NCBI GenBank assembly: GCA_964544155.1
Contig: CAZJAH010000009.1
Span: forward strand, 14,551-78,550
Reading direction: 5' to 3'
DNA: 64,000 bases
Origin: an uncultured Hyphomicrobiales bacterium
GTDB taxonomy: Bacteria > Bacteroidota > Ignavibacteria > Kapaibacteriales > UBA2268
The notes beneath the pieces are model-generated. The model was given only the letters and a program-made list of their open reading frames with translations, was not told where the DNA came from and made no database searches. This document shows, in pieces, positions 27,360 through 36,819 of the stretch; position 1 is the stretch's first letter; each line of letters starts with the position of its first letter. Made by a program: the position numbers and the translations under genes.

Positions 27360-28475
27360 TCAGCCCTGAAATTCCTGACCTTTCCATTTGATCTTTTTGT
27401 TTACCATTGTGAATGGCAGGATAAGCTCTATGAACATATAAAAAAACACAGATGGAATTATCCATTTTCTGAGGCTGTATTTTTTTAATTCCATTAGCGC
27501 GGGATTTATAACCGCGTAATCTCCTGCTACTCTGACAAAAAGCACGGCAAAAATCCAGAAAAGGCTCCCTTTTAAAAATGCCAGGATAAGAGCCGTGTAA
27601 ATAGCTATTGAGGTCAGAACAAATAATCCCGCTCTCCAGCCTAAGCTTAAACCGCCGGCAGCCCAGCGCCTGTGCTGGCTCATGTATTCAGCGAAGTTCT
27701 TAACCGGATATGTAGTAACTGTTGATTCAGGCGAGCATAAATAGCGGACTCTATATCCCTTGCCATGTACAGCTCTGAGCATGGCAAGATCTTCAGTTAA
27801 CGAAAAATCAACATTCTCATAACCGCCTGTCTTGTCGTATGCCTCGCGTTTTATGGACAGGTTGTTCCCGAAGCATCCAAGCGGCTGCCCGAGAGCGAAT
27901 CCCGCGGCTGCCATGGTGTGCATGTAAATCCATTCAGTTTCCTGGAATTTATCGAAAGTGCTTTTATTACCGTGAATCAATGTATAAGCTGCTACCAATC
28001 CGGTGCTTTCATCAGCGGTGAAAGCATCGCATACGCTGTTTATCCATTCCGGATGAACAACGCAGTCGGCATCAGTCATAAGCAAATACCCGCCCCTCGA
28101 GCTGTCAATTCCTTCCTTTAAAGCGCCTGGTTTGCCCTGAAGGTTTTTATGATCGGAGCCTTTTGTTTTATGTACTACTTTCAGATGAGGCCGCTCCTTT
28201 TGGAGGCGGTCAAGAATATCACCGGTTGCATCCGTTGAGCGGTCATTTACTGCTATGATCTCGAATTTATCCTTAGGATAGTTCACCATGTCGAATGACC
28301 TGATACAGTCTTCAATTTTTTCCTCTTCATTTCTGGCAGGTATAATTACCGAAACGAATGGCCTATTTTCAGGGCTGCCTTTTGGGGCGTTCCGCCTTTC
28401 TTTTACCGAACCGAAAAACATCACTGCTGCGCGTCCAACATAGATAAGGATCGCGGCAATTAGTATATAAACCAT
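27360..28475 (-). CDS. Membrane-bound family-2 glycosyltransferase (processive type)
   Basis: Motifs are VSVIIPARNEE, TDADCV (DxD) and QHRRW (Q(R/Q)xRW). TM helices lie at both ends. Confidence 0.85.
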   Translation of the reverse strand: MVYILIAAILIYVGRAAVMFFGSVKERRNAPKGSPENRPFVSVIIPARNEEEKIEDCIRSFDMVNYPKDKFEIIAVNDRSTDATGDILDRLQKERPHLKVVHKTKGSDHKNLQGKPGALKEGIDSSRGGYLLMTDADCVVHPEWINSVCDAFTADESTGLVAAYTLIHGNKSTFDKFQETEWIYMHTMAAAGFALGQPLGCFGNNLSIKREAYDKTGGYENVDFSLTEDLAMLRAVHGKGYRVRYLCSPESTVTTYPVKNFAEYMSQHRRWAAGGLSLGWRAGLFVLTSIAIYTALILAFLKGSLFWIFAVLFVRVAGDYAVINPALMELKKYSLRKWIIPSVFFYMFIELILPFTMVNKKIKWKGQEFQG

Positions 28476-28608
28476 AAATGTATGCCTTTGTTAATCAATG
28501 GTATTAATTTAAGAAATTTCTGTTTAAAATTTATTAAAGAATCGTTAATATAACAATAAAATAACGGGATAAACATGGATAAATTTCGTAATATTACATA
28601 ATTTCAAA

Positions 28609-29961
28609 ATGAAAAATACTACTGTTGACTTAATAAACGGACCGATAGATTCATCGCTCAGGAAATTCAGTATTCCTTTGGCGTTCAGCTTTATAGTACA
28701 TATGCTGTATTCTCTGGTTGATACCTTCTATGTCAGCAGATTAGGCCCTGAAGCAATTGCCGCAGTCGGCATAAGCGAGCAGATAATATTTTTTATTTTC
28801 ACTATAGGAAGCGGCTTTGCCATCGGAACCGGTATTGTAGTTTCCCGCCGGGTGGGCGAAGGCAGGCGCAGGGATGCCGGGTTTGCGGCTTCGCAGGCAA
28901 TTGTATCGATGTTTGTCATAGCTTCGGCGCTGGCGGCAGCTTTTTATTATTTGACCGATGATTTACTCGCTTTGATGAATATCAGCGGAAAAGAAAACAT
29001 AATGGCTCAGCATTATCTTTCTGCACTGATATTCGCGATTCCGTTTTATTTCATTTCATTCCAGTGCAGCTCGATTATCCGTTCAACCGGTAATTCCGTA
29101 CTCACGATGCAGATAATGATCATAACCACTGTGATCAATGCGGTTCTTTCGCCTCTCATGATATTTGGTATAGGACCGTTTTCCGAAATGGGTATTTTCG
29201 GCGCCGGCCTGGCTACGGCCATAGCGCAGCTGTCAGGGACGATAATGTACATAGCTGCATTATCAATGAAATTTACCCCGGTGGAAATCATATTTAAACA
29301 CTTCAAATTCGATTTTAAAATTGTTATAAATATTATCCGGATAGGGTTTCCTGCTACTCTAAACCTGCTATCCGTGAGCATTAACAGAATACTGCTTTTC
29401 TCACTGGCAAATGTTTTCGGAACCGACGTAATGGCTGCTTACACATTAGGGCTTAAAGTTGATCTGTTCGTATTTATGCCGATATTCGCCGTCAGCTCGG
29501 CCATAGAGATAACCACCGGGCAAAACCTGGGGGCCGGCAAACCCGAAAGGGTATTTTTGTATTTTCGTTCGGCCGTAAAGCAGCTCGGCAGCATAATGAT
29601 TCTGATGGGTGTCATAGTATTCTTTGGCGGGGAATATTTTGTTAAACTATTTACTACCATGCCTGAAGTTATCGAAGAAACAGTCATTTACCTGAAGATC
29701 ACTGCTTTTTCCTATGTGCTTTTCACAATCGGCAATGTATCCACCAGGGTAATTAACGGCGCGGGCGATACATTCCGCAGCCTGGGTATTACGGCTACTG
29801 TGCTGCTTATATTCCAATTGCCACTGGCATATATTCTCAGTAAGCACACGGGTTTGGACCAGGCCGGCATCTGGATTGGAATACTCGCCAGCCAGGGTGT
29901 TTACGCTTTAACCGGAATTTACAATCTCTACCGTAAAAAATGGATGAATGCTGAAGTTTAA
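28609..29961 (+). CDS. MATE-family efflux transporter
   Basis: The protein is 450 aa with 12 predicted TM segments. The N-terminal L..F..P......L...L...VDT.YV..LG pattern supports the call. Confidence 0.85.
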   Translation: MKNTTVDLINGPIDSSLRKFSIPLAFSFIVHMLYSLVDTFYVSRLGPEAIAAVGISEQIIFFIFTIGSGFAIGTGIVVSRRVGEGRRRDAGFAASQAIVSMFVIASALAAAFYYLTDDLLALMNISGKENIMAQHYLSALIFAIPFYFISFQCSSIIRSTGNSVLTMQIMIITTVINAVLSPLMIFGIGPFSEMGIFGAGLATAIAQLSGTIMYIAALSMKFTPVEIIFKHFKFDFKIVINIIRIGFPATLNLLSVSINRILLFSLANVFGTDVMAAYTLGLKVDLFVFMPIFAVSSAIEITTGQNLGAGKPERVFLYFRSAVKQLGSIMILMGVIVFFGGEYFVKLFTTMPEVIEETVIYLKITAFSYVLFTIGNVSTRVINGAGDTFRSLGITATVLLIFQLPLAYILSKHTGLDQAGIWIGILASQGVYALTGIYNLYRKKWMNAEV

Positions 29962-30054
29962 GCCCTAATTTATTTTTATTAATACATATTAATTGATTAA
30001 TAGTATATGTATTATTATTTTGAAAGACTTAATAGTTGTTATTATGGAGGCATT

Positions 30055-31059
30055 ATGCCTGAATCCGTTGGCAAAACCAAAGCAATCCTGTACTTATATG
30101 AAAATCTGCTTCGGGGCAGCAAGCTGAACACTAATGACGCTTGTCAAATTCTTGAAAAAAAAGGGATCAATCTTTCCAAACGCACGGTACAGCGTTATTT
30201 TGAGGAATTAAGCCGGCTTATTGAAGGCCTGATATGCAGGGGCAACGGAAATTCAAAAGAATTATTCCTGCCGAGAGAATTCAGGCCTGTACATGCTCCG
30301 ATCAGTATTCAAAGCAGCGAGCTTTTATCTCTTCATATTCTGAAAGCTCATCTAAAAGCTTTCAGGGGGACTAAGATTGAAAAAAATATGGAGAGTCTTG
30401 TAAATAATATTGAAAAGCATGCCCCGGGTGATGTTTTTGTTTCTGAATCATTATTTTGGGATCAGAATAACGGCAATTTCGATTATTCCAATTATAATGA
30501 TATAATAATAGAAGCTATGAACGCTATCATAGACGAGGCTATGTACAAAATAAAATATGCTGCCAGGAATAATTTTAAAATTATCGAGGGAGTACCCTTA
30601 AAGATATACGCTTATAGCGGCCTACTGTATCTGCTAATGTGGATACCGAAATATGATAACTATATTTCACTATCAATAAATAAAATTATTTCCATATCAA
30701 CTTCAAATAAATTCATTGATAAAATTAAGCCCTTTGATGCCGATAAATTTATGAAGAACAGGTTCGGTGTGTATAATGATAAGCCCAGGAATGTAGAATT
30801 GCAGATAAGAAAAGGGGAGGAGTTTCTTTTTGAGAACAGAAGCTGGCATCCTTCACAAAAACTTGAAAAAAAGAACGGGAAATTAATCATGAAACTGCGC
30901 GTGCCTATAGTTCCGGATTTCACAGGCTGGATTATGAGCTGGGGTAATAAAATTAAAGTAATTGCACCATTGGAACTTATAACAAAGATAAGTATGATGC
31001 ACAAAAACGCGGCCGCGCAATACAATAATGACGAGAATGATGATGATAAACATATTTAA
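30055..31059 (+). CDS. HTH-WYL-WCX domain transcriptional regulator
   Basis: The N-terminal wHTH reads ACQILEKKGINLSKRTVQRYFEEL. The central WYL-like block reads PLKIYAYSGLLYLLMWIPKYDNYISLSINKI. The C-terminal block reads WHPSQ...KLRVPIVPDFTGWIMSWGNKIKVIAP. I chose the ATG at 30055 because GGAGG lies 4 nt upstream. The track start is 30007. Confidence 0.75.
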   Translation: MPESVGKTKAILYLYENLLRGSKLNTNDACQILEKKGINLSKRTVQRYFEELSRLIEGLICRGNGNSKELFLPREFRPVHAPISIQSSELLSLHILKAHLKAFRGTKIEKNMESLVNNIEKHAPGDVFVSESLFWDQNNGNFDYSNYNDIIIEAMNAIIDEAMYKIKYAARNNFKIIEGVPLKIYAYSGLLYLLMWIPKYDNYISLSINKIISISTSNKFIDKIKPFDADKFMKNRFGVYNDKPRNVELQIRKGEEFLFENRSWHPSQKLEKKNGKLIMKLRVPIVPDFTGWIMSWGNKIKVIAPLELITKISMMHKNAAAQYNNDENDDDKHI

Positions 31060-33160
31060 CAGACAAATATTTGAAAGCTTACTGGAGCATGAAAATCTTT
31101 CCTGCCTAATTACTGAATTCAATTTAGAGAAGGATTGTAATGACTGGAAAATAATTTATTGTAATGGTATAGCAAGATCTACAGTTAATGACATTGATCC
31201 TGTGCTGGGCGGCTTTTTGAAATCCATGCCCGAAAAGCAGGTTTCATTATTCCGGAAAGAGATAATTAATCTCGAAGATAAAAACGCTGTATGCCGCAGG
31301 ATAGGGGTCAGGTTAAACAGTAAATGGTTCAGGGCTACTTTGAGTAAACAAACTGACTCGGATAAGCTCCTGATAACATTCAAGCCCATATCCGATATAA
31401 TCAGCCCGGAAAAGGATCTGGAACTTGTGGAGAGCAGGCACAGTTCAGTTGTAAAACCCACTGGTGAGATAAGCTTCGGGCATTATTTGAAAAATGACCT
31501 TATTGTATGGCCGGATGACATTGATCATATCCTGGGATATAGCGGCTCTGAAATGGGGCAGGCCCTTAAAAGCTGGCTGGATAAAGTATATCCGGATGAT
31601 CAATCCAACAAAAAACCTATTAATGTTCTGTTTATCCCCATAAAAAACGAAAACGGTGTGATAAATGTTCTTTGCGTATCAAGAGACATAAACGATCGCA
31701 GGAAAACTCAGAAAGCAGCTTTAGATTATTCAAAGCTCATTGAATCGGTTTTTAATGCTATATCTGAAACTCTGATAAAGATTGATAAAAAAGGGCTGAT
31801 TAAAGGTATAAATTATACAGGAGCAGCAAGGCTAAAGACAACGCCTGAAGAATTAATCGGGAAAAACATTTACCAGATATTACCCCCCAACGCGGCTGAA
31901 TTCAGAAAAAAAATGATAGATAAAGTTTTCGATACCGGTGATCCCATAGCTTTCGACGATATAAGGTATCCAATATATTTCTCAAACAAAATATACCCGG
32001 TTAAAGATGAACAAGGCAATACGACCGATGTAATAGTTTTCGGGCTTGATGAAACCGAGAAAAAACGCCAGGAAAGGGATTTAAAGATCAAAAACCACGC
32101 GATAGAATCATCACTGATAGGTTTCGCGATAGGCGATCTCAATGGAAGAATTACCTACGGTAATGCTGAATTTGAAAAAATCTGGGGATACAGCTCGCCA
32201 CGGGAATATAAAGGCAAAAGCTATTTAGAGCTGTTCAATGTACCCGGACTGCCTGATAATCTTTTATCACTAATTAAAAAGGAAGGAAAATGGAGCGGTG
32301 AATATTTGGCATTCAGGCAAAACGGCGATAAGTTTGATGTAGAGGCTCACGCGAGCCTGGTAATATCAGATGAAGGCCAAATGCTTGCCATAACGATCAG
32401 CTTTATAGATGTAACTGAGCATAATAAAATCTCAGCCGAGATAAAGGAATATTCTGAAAAGCTTAAAAAATCCAATGATGAGCTTAAGCAATTCGCTTAC
32501 ATTGCTTCTCATGATCTGCAGGAACCGCTTAGAGGTATATCCAACAGTATACAGATCGTTGAGAAAAAGCTATCCGGCAAACTCGATGAAGACACCCTGA
32601 AGTTTATGAATTTCGCAACTGAAGGTGCAAAAAAAATGCAGGATCTCATTAACGGCCTGATGGAATACTCGAGGGTAGAAAACAATAATAAAAGCTTTGA
32701 CAGGGAAGTAGACCTAAATAAACTTGTTGAAAGAGTTGCATCTATGCTCGAGTTAAAGATAAAAGAAAATAAGGCCGAAATAAAAATAAATAAACTGCCC
32801 GTGGTAAGGGGTAATGAATCACTTCTCTACAGGCTGTTTCAAAACCTCACGGATAACGCGCTAAAGTTCAGAAAATCTCATGAAAAACCGGTAATTGATA
32901 TAAGCAGCAGCCGTATTGGGGACAACTATGTAATATATTTCGAAGATAACGGTATAGGTATAAAAGAGGAGTATTTTGAAAAGATCTTTCAGGTGTTCAG
33001 AAGGCTCCATACATCTAAAACAATAAAAGGTACGGGTATAGGCCTGGCAATTTGTAAAAGAATTGTCGAAGCGCATAAAGGAAAGATAGGAATTGAATCA
33101 AAACCCGGAAGCGGGACTAAATTTATTATAACTTTACCAATTGAAATTCAAAATGAATAA
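31028..33160 (+). CDS. PAS-domain sensor histidine kinase
   Basis: The H-box is FAYIASHDLQEPLR, the N-box LFQNLTDNALKF, G1 FEDNGIGI and G2 GTGIGLAICKRIV. At least two PAS-like segments lie upstream. All candidate ATGs (31028-31043) lie inside the WYL ORF. Confidence 0.85.
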   Translation: MTRMMMINIFNRQIFESLLEHENLSCLITEFNLEKDCNDWKIIYCNGIARSTVNDIDPVLGGFLKSMPEKQVSLFRKEIINLEDKNAVCRRIGVRLNSKWFRATLSKQTDSDKLLITFKPISDIISPEKDLELVESRHSSVVKPTGEISFGHYLKNDLIVWPDDIDHILGYSGSEMGQALKSWLDKVYPDDQSNKKPINVLFIPIKNENGVINVLCVSRDINDRRKTQKAALDYSKLIESVFNAISETLIKIDKKGLIKGINYTGAARLKTTPEELIGKNIYQILPPNAAEFRKKMIDKVFDTGDPIAFDDIRYPIYFSNKIYPVKDEQGNTTDVIVFGLDETEKKRQERDLKIKNHAIESSLIGFAIGDLNGRITYGNAEFEKIWGYSSPREYKGKSYLELFNVPGLPDNLLSLIKKEGKWSGEYLAFRQNGDKFDVEAHASLVISDEGQMLAITISFIDVTEHNKISAEIKEYSEKLKKSNDELKQFAYIASHDLQEPLRGISNSIQIVEKKLSGKLDEDTLKFMNFATEGAKKMQDLINGLMEYSRVENNNKSFDREVDLNKLVERVASMLELKIKENKAEIKINKLPVVRGNESLLYRLFQNLTDNALKFRKSHEKPVIDISSSRIGDNYVIYFEDNGIGIKEEYFEKIFQVFRRLHTSKTIKGTGIGLAICKRIVEAHKGKIGIESKPGSGTKFIITLPIEIQNE

Positions 33161-33602
33161 TAATATTGAATCGGTTGAAGTATTCCTGGTCGAGGATAAT
33201 GAGACAGATATCGAACTGATTAAAGAAGCACTAAAGTTAAGCCGCCTTTCTACTAGTCTAAAGATCGCGAATGACGGCGAGGAAGCTATAGATTATCTAA
33301 CTGATAATTGCGAAAAAATGGAATCGCAAAAGCCGGATATAATTCTGCTTGATTTGAATCTTCCAAAAAAAGACGGCATAGAAGTATTATCATTTATAAA
33401 AAACAATAACCGAATAAAGGATATTCCCGTAATAGTCCTTACAGTATCAGGATGCAATAATGATGTTTTAAAGGCGTACAGCCATCACGCTAACTGCTAT
33501 ATCAGAAAGCCTGTTGATTTTGACAAATTTGAGGAGATTGTGCGTCAGATAGAGACATTTTGGTTTTCGATTGTAAGTCTGCCGAGGAAGGAAATGGCAT
33601 GA
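33153..33602 (+). CDS. Single-domain response regulator (Rcp1-like)
   Basis: Motifs are VFLVEDNETD, IILLDLNLPKKDG, VIVLT.S and CYIRKP. The ATG at 33153 overlaps the last codons of the kinase gene. Confidence 0.85.
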   Translation: MNNNIESVEVFLVEDNETDIELIKEALKLSRLSTSLKIANDGEEAIDYLTDNCEKMESQKPDIILLDLNLPKKDGIEVLSFIKNNNRIKDIPVIVLTVSGCNNDVLKAYSHHANCYIRKPVDFDKFEEIVRQIETFWFSIVSLPRKEMA

Positions 33603-35818
33603 ATTTATTGATAATTGAAGATAATGAACTGGATTACCTTTTGATAAAAGAAGCACTCTCGGAAATGCAGGATATTTCCGTTGATGCAAAAAACGCGGTA
33701 ACGTTTGATCAGGCTGCTGATATGCTCGCTCGGGATCATTTTGATATTATTATTACCGATCTCGGCCTTCCCGAAAGTTCAGGGCTTTCCACAATAGAAA
33801 AGATCCGCCGGCTTCATTGGCAAATACCACTGATAGTAATTACAGGGCTTAACGATAAAGAAACCGCTCTCAACGCGCTCAAGCTCGGCGCTCAGGATTA
33901 CCTTGTCAAAGGCAGGATAGATTCTGAAATACTGGAACGCTCAATAAGATACTCCCTTGAAAGATTTAAATTCGAACTGGATATAAAAGATTCAGAAAAA
34001 AAATACAGGCAGATTGTTGACAACGCGCTTGTTGGAGTTTACAAAGGCACAGATAAGGGAAAGATCACTTTTGTAAATGACGCGTTAGCTCTGATGCTCG
34101 GATTTGAAAATAAATTTGAGCTTATGAAAAGCAAGATTGTTGAATATCCGCTAAACCGTGATTCTTTTGATAAGATCATATCGGCATGCCTGGCTTACGG
34201 CAGAGTTAAGGACTTTGAAATGCCCATATACGGCAATGGCAGGATTTACCACACTTTGCATAATGCCACTTTAACCGGAAGTGAAATATCCGGAATGATG
34301 ATTGATATTACCGACCGGAAAACGGCCACAGAGCTGCTTCTTGAAATCGAAACAAAGCAAAACGCAATATTACGAGCCCTGCCGGACGCAATGCTTTTGC
34401 TCGACGAAAACTATGTAGTTACAGATTATTATCTTCCTGAAGGAAAGTTCGGGGGTTTTCTTGAACTGCCTCTACAGGAAAAAAACATTGTTGATATTTT
34501 TCAGTATGAACTTTTAAAGAAAATAGAACTAGCTATTAAAACATTAGAAAATAATGGCCTTCAGATCATCAATCATCATTATATAAAGCAGGTAATCGAT
34601 AAACATTTTGAAATAAGGGTTAAGAAATTCGGCGGAAGTCAGATTATACTACTGATAAGAGATATCAGCCAGCGCAAAAAAATGGAACAGGTTATTATCA
34701 ATACACAAAAAATGGAGGCCATTGGCAAGCTGGCAGGAGGAATAGCACATGAATTCAATAATATGATGACTGCCATAATTAATTATTCCGAAATTTTATC
34801 ACTTAAAACTGATAGTACACATAATATGGCAGCGGATATATCCCCCAAGATAAAAGAAACCGCTATCAGCGCTTCAAAATTAGCTTCACAACTTTTGGCT
34901 TATAGCAGTAAGCAGATGATAAATCCAAAAGCGCTTAATTTCAATGAAGTTATATCAAAACTTGAACCTACACTGAAAAAGATCATCAGCGGAGATATAG
35001 ATCTTATATTCAACCCCGATCATAATCTTCTGGATGTAATACTTGACAGGCAACAATTCGAGCAAATACTGGTAAATCTACTTATGAATTCAAATGAAGC
35101 TATCAGGGATAAGGGGAGAATAATTATTTCTACCTTCAGCACTTATATCGACGGCAAAAGAGCTTACATACGTAAAAAGCATGTTTCAGGTATTTTCTCT
35201 GCAATATCAATTGAAGATACCGGTAAAGGCATCGATGATTCGATAAAAGATAAGATTTTCGACCCGTTTTTTACCACTAAATATAATGGCAAAGGCAGCG
35301 GACTGGGCTTATCTGTAGTATATGGCATTGTCCTTCAGAATGACGGCTGGCTCGATCTCGAAACCACTGAAGGCAGCGGCGCTAAATTCACACTTTATTT
35401 CCCGGTGGCAGGCAATCCGGAGAATGTGCCTGAGAATACAAACAGTGGCAGGGAAGGCCATGGCAGATACAAAATACTTATTGTTGACGACAACCGCGAA
35501 GTGCTCGATTCCATTTCGCGCATACTCGGCCGCAAAGGCCATTCGATCCTGAAGGCAGAAACCGGTGCCGAAGCCGAGACAATGTTTTATACAGATATAA
35601 AAACAATTGATTTTGTACTTACTGATATACTTCTGCCCGATACCAACGGTATTACTTTAGCGGAGAAATTAAGAAAAATGAACCCCGAAACTAGAATAAT
35701 CCTGTGCAGCGCCAGCAATGACCCCAAAGTGCTTGATTCAATCGGGCCTAATACCGCTTTTATTGAAAAACCCTACCAAATACAGGAACTGATTGAACTT
35801 TTTCAGAGCTTAAAATAA
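33599..35818 (+). CDS. Hybrid sensor kinase: REC - PAS - PAS - HisKA - HATPase - REC
   Basis: The N-terminal REC has LLIIEDNE and IIITDLGLPE. The H-box is GGIAHEFNNMMTAI, G1 is IEDTGKGI and G2 is GSGLGLSVVYGIV. The C-terminal REC has ILIVDDN and VLTDILLPD. The start overlaps the upstream stop as ATGA. Confidence 0.85.
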   Translation: MNLLIIEDNELDYLLIKEALSEMQDISVDAKNAVTFDQAADMLARDHFDIIITDLGLPESSGLSTIEKIRRLHWQIPLIVITGLNDKETALNALKLGAQDYLVKGRIDSEILERSIRYSLERFKFELDIKDSEKKYRQIVDNALVGVYKGTDKGKITFVNDALALMLGFENKFELMKSKIVEYPLNRDSFDKIISACLAYGRVKDFEMPIYGNGRIYHTLHNATLTGSEISGMMIDITDRKTATELLLEIETKQNAILRALPDAMLLLDENYVVTDYYLPEGKFGGFLELPLQEKNIVDIFQYELLKKIELAIKTLENNGLQIINHHYIKQVIDKHFEIRVKKFGGSQIILLIRDISQRKKMEQVIINTQKMEAIGKLAGGIAHEFNNMMTAIINYSEILSLKTDSTHNMAADISPKIKETAISASKLASQLLAYSSKQMINPKALNFNEVISKLEPTLKKIISGDIDLIFNPDHNLLDVILDRQQFEQILVNLLMNSNEAIRDKGRIIISTFSTYIDGKRAYIRKKHVSGIFSAISIEDTGKGIDDSIKDKIFDPFFTTKYNGKGSGLGLSVVYGIVLQNDGWLDLETTEGSGAKFTLYFPVAGNPENVPENTNSGREGHGRYKILIVDDNREVLDSISRILGRKGHSILKAETGAEAETMFYTDIKTIDFVLTDILLPDTNGITLAEKLRKMNPETRIILCSASNDPKVLDSIGPNTAFIEKPYQIQELIELFQSLK

Positions 35819-35884
35819 AATCAGGATAAAAAGCAGCGGAAATAAAATGTCTTTTGATATATTGTAGATCATAAAATCGCAGAA

Positions 35885-36203
35885 ATGAACAATCTTACTT
35901 TTTGCAATCAGTTTCGCGACTGCGGGAGAAAAACTATATCTGAATTTGGAGTAAGGCGGAAAATACTCTTTCAGATCAGATGTAATTGATTTTGATATTG
36001 ATCTAAATAATGAGTCTACAACTCTATTTGCGTCCTGCAATTTGAAGAGCCGGCTGATTGTTGAAGCAAAAAAAGGATTACTGGATAAACATCATATTTC
36101 CGGAACAATGCAGATGTTTGAGGTTGATCAGGGTGAGCGTAAGCAAATTGGCACTGGTACGACTGAGACAATATTTTTGAGGATAAAAGACCCGGGCCAC
36201 TAA
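35885..36203 (+). pseudogene. Possible frameshifted gene remnant with a PD-(D/E)xK-nuclease-like motif
   Basis: A 34-codon ORF (MNNLTFCNQF...) runs 35885-35989. A +1-shifted open frame runs 35955-36203 and reads GGKYSFRSDVIDFDIDLNNESTTLFASCNLKSRLIVEAKKGLLDKHH.... It has D...(E)xK spacing and no usable start codon. Confidence 0.25.
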
Positions 36204-36264
36204 TATTTGGGTAATATTCTTTAAAAAATAAGGCTTTTAAACAGGGAGTAAATCAAATTCATAG

Positions 36265-36819
36265 CTATCTTACTACCGCGTCGGCAAGGTATTCGGCGGG
36301 GTCTATAAGGCATTCTGGGAGCCTGCTTTCAAAGAGGTTACCACCCTTGTAATTTCTAAGCTTGTATTCATTGCCTCGGTAAATCTCTAAATGGAGCATA
36401 CTGGTTTTGCGGGCTTCTTTCAGCTTTTGTATGTATTCGGGAGCGCTTTTATCAATCAAGTCCCTGGCAAGCACAGTTCCTACCGCTCCCAAGCTAGTGC
36501 CTGCGCTAACTATTTCACCTTTTGCCGGGTATATCTCGCCAAGTTCCGCGTATTTAATTACCGGCCCCTTAATAGTTTTAACGGCTATGAAGTAGGTAGT
36601 ATTCCAGTAGATATTTCCTTCACCTGAAGTGAAAACACCGGAATCTATTACCACACCGCTTTCGATAGCGAGCACCTTTGTTCCGGCAGGAGCATATATA
36701 TCCATGCCGCAATGGTATCTGTCGCCGCGGTCCTCTGCAAAAGAGCCTGGAGCTCCTTCAACGGGGAATTTGATCCTGTCCCCGGCCAATGGCCAGTATT
36801 TCCTGTATGGCTTGTTCAA
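36265..36819 (-). CDS. M23-family (LytM-type) metallopeptidase without a recognisable signal peptide
   Basis: Motifs are HCGMDIYAPAGTKVLAIESGVV (HxxxD) and LHLEI. A TTG start overlaps the upstream stop as TTGA. Confidence 0.8.
   Translation of the reverse strand: MNKPYRKYWPLAGDRIKFPVEGAPGSFAEDRGDRYHCGMDIYAPAGTKVLAIESGVVIDSGVFTSGEGNIYWNTTYFIAVKTIKGPVIKYAELGEIYPAKGEIVSAGTSLGAVGTVLARDLIDKSAPEYIQKLKEARKTSMLHLEIYRGNEYKLRNYKGGNLFESRLPECLIDPAEYLADAVVR

Noticed and set aside
30007-30054. Upstream start for the WYL regulator (MYYYFERLNSCYYGGI...).
   Set aside because: The in-frame ATG at 30055 has a GGAGG motif 4 nt upstream. The extra 16 residues look non-native. This is kept only as an alternative start.
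35810-36040. 76-aa minus-strand ORF after the hybrid kinase gene.
   Set aside because: It has no recognisable features and overlaps the kinase stop. The opposite-strand frames look more protein-like (see the gene-remnant finding).
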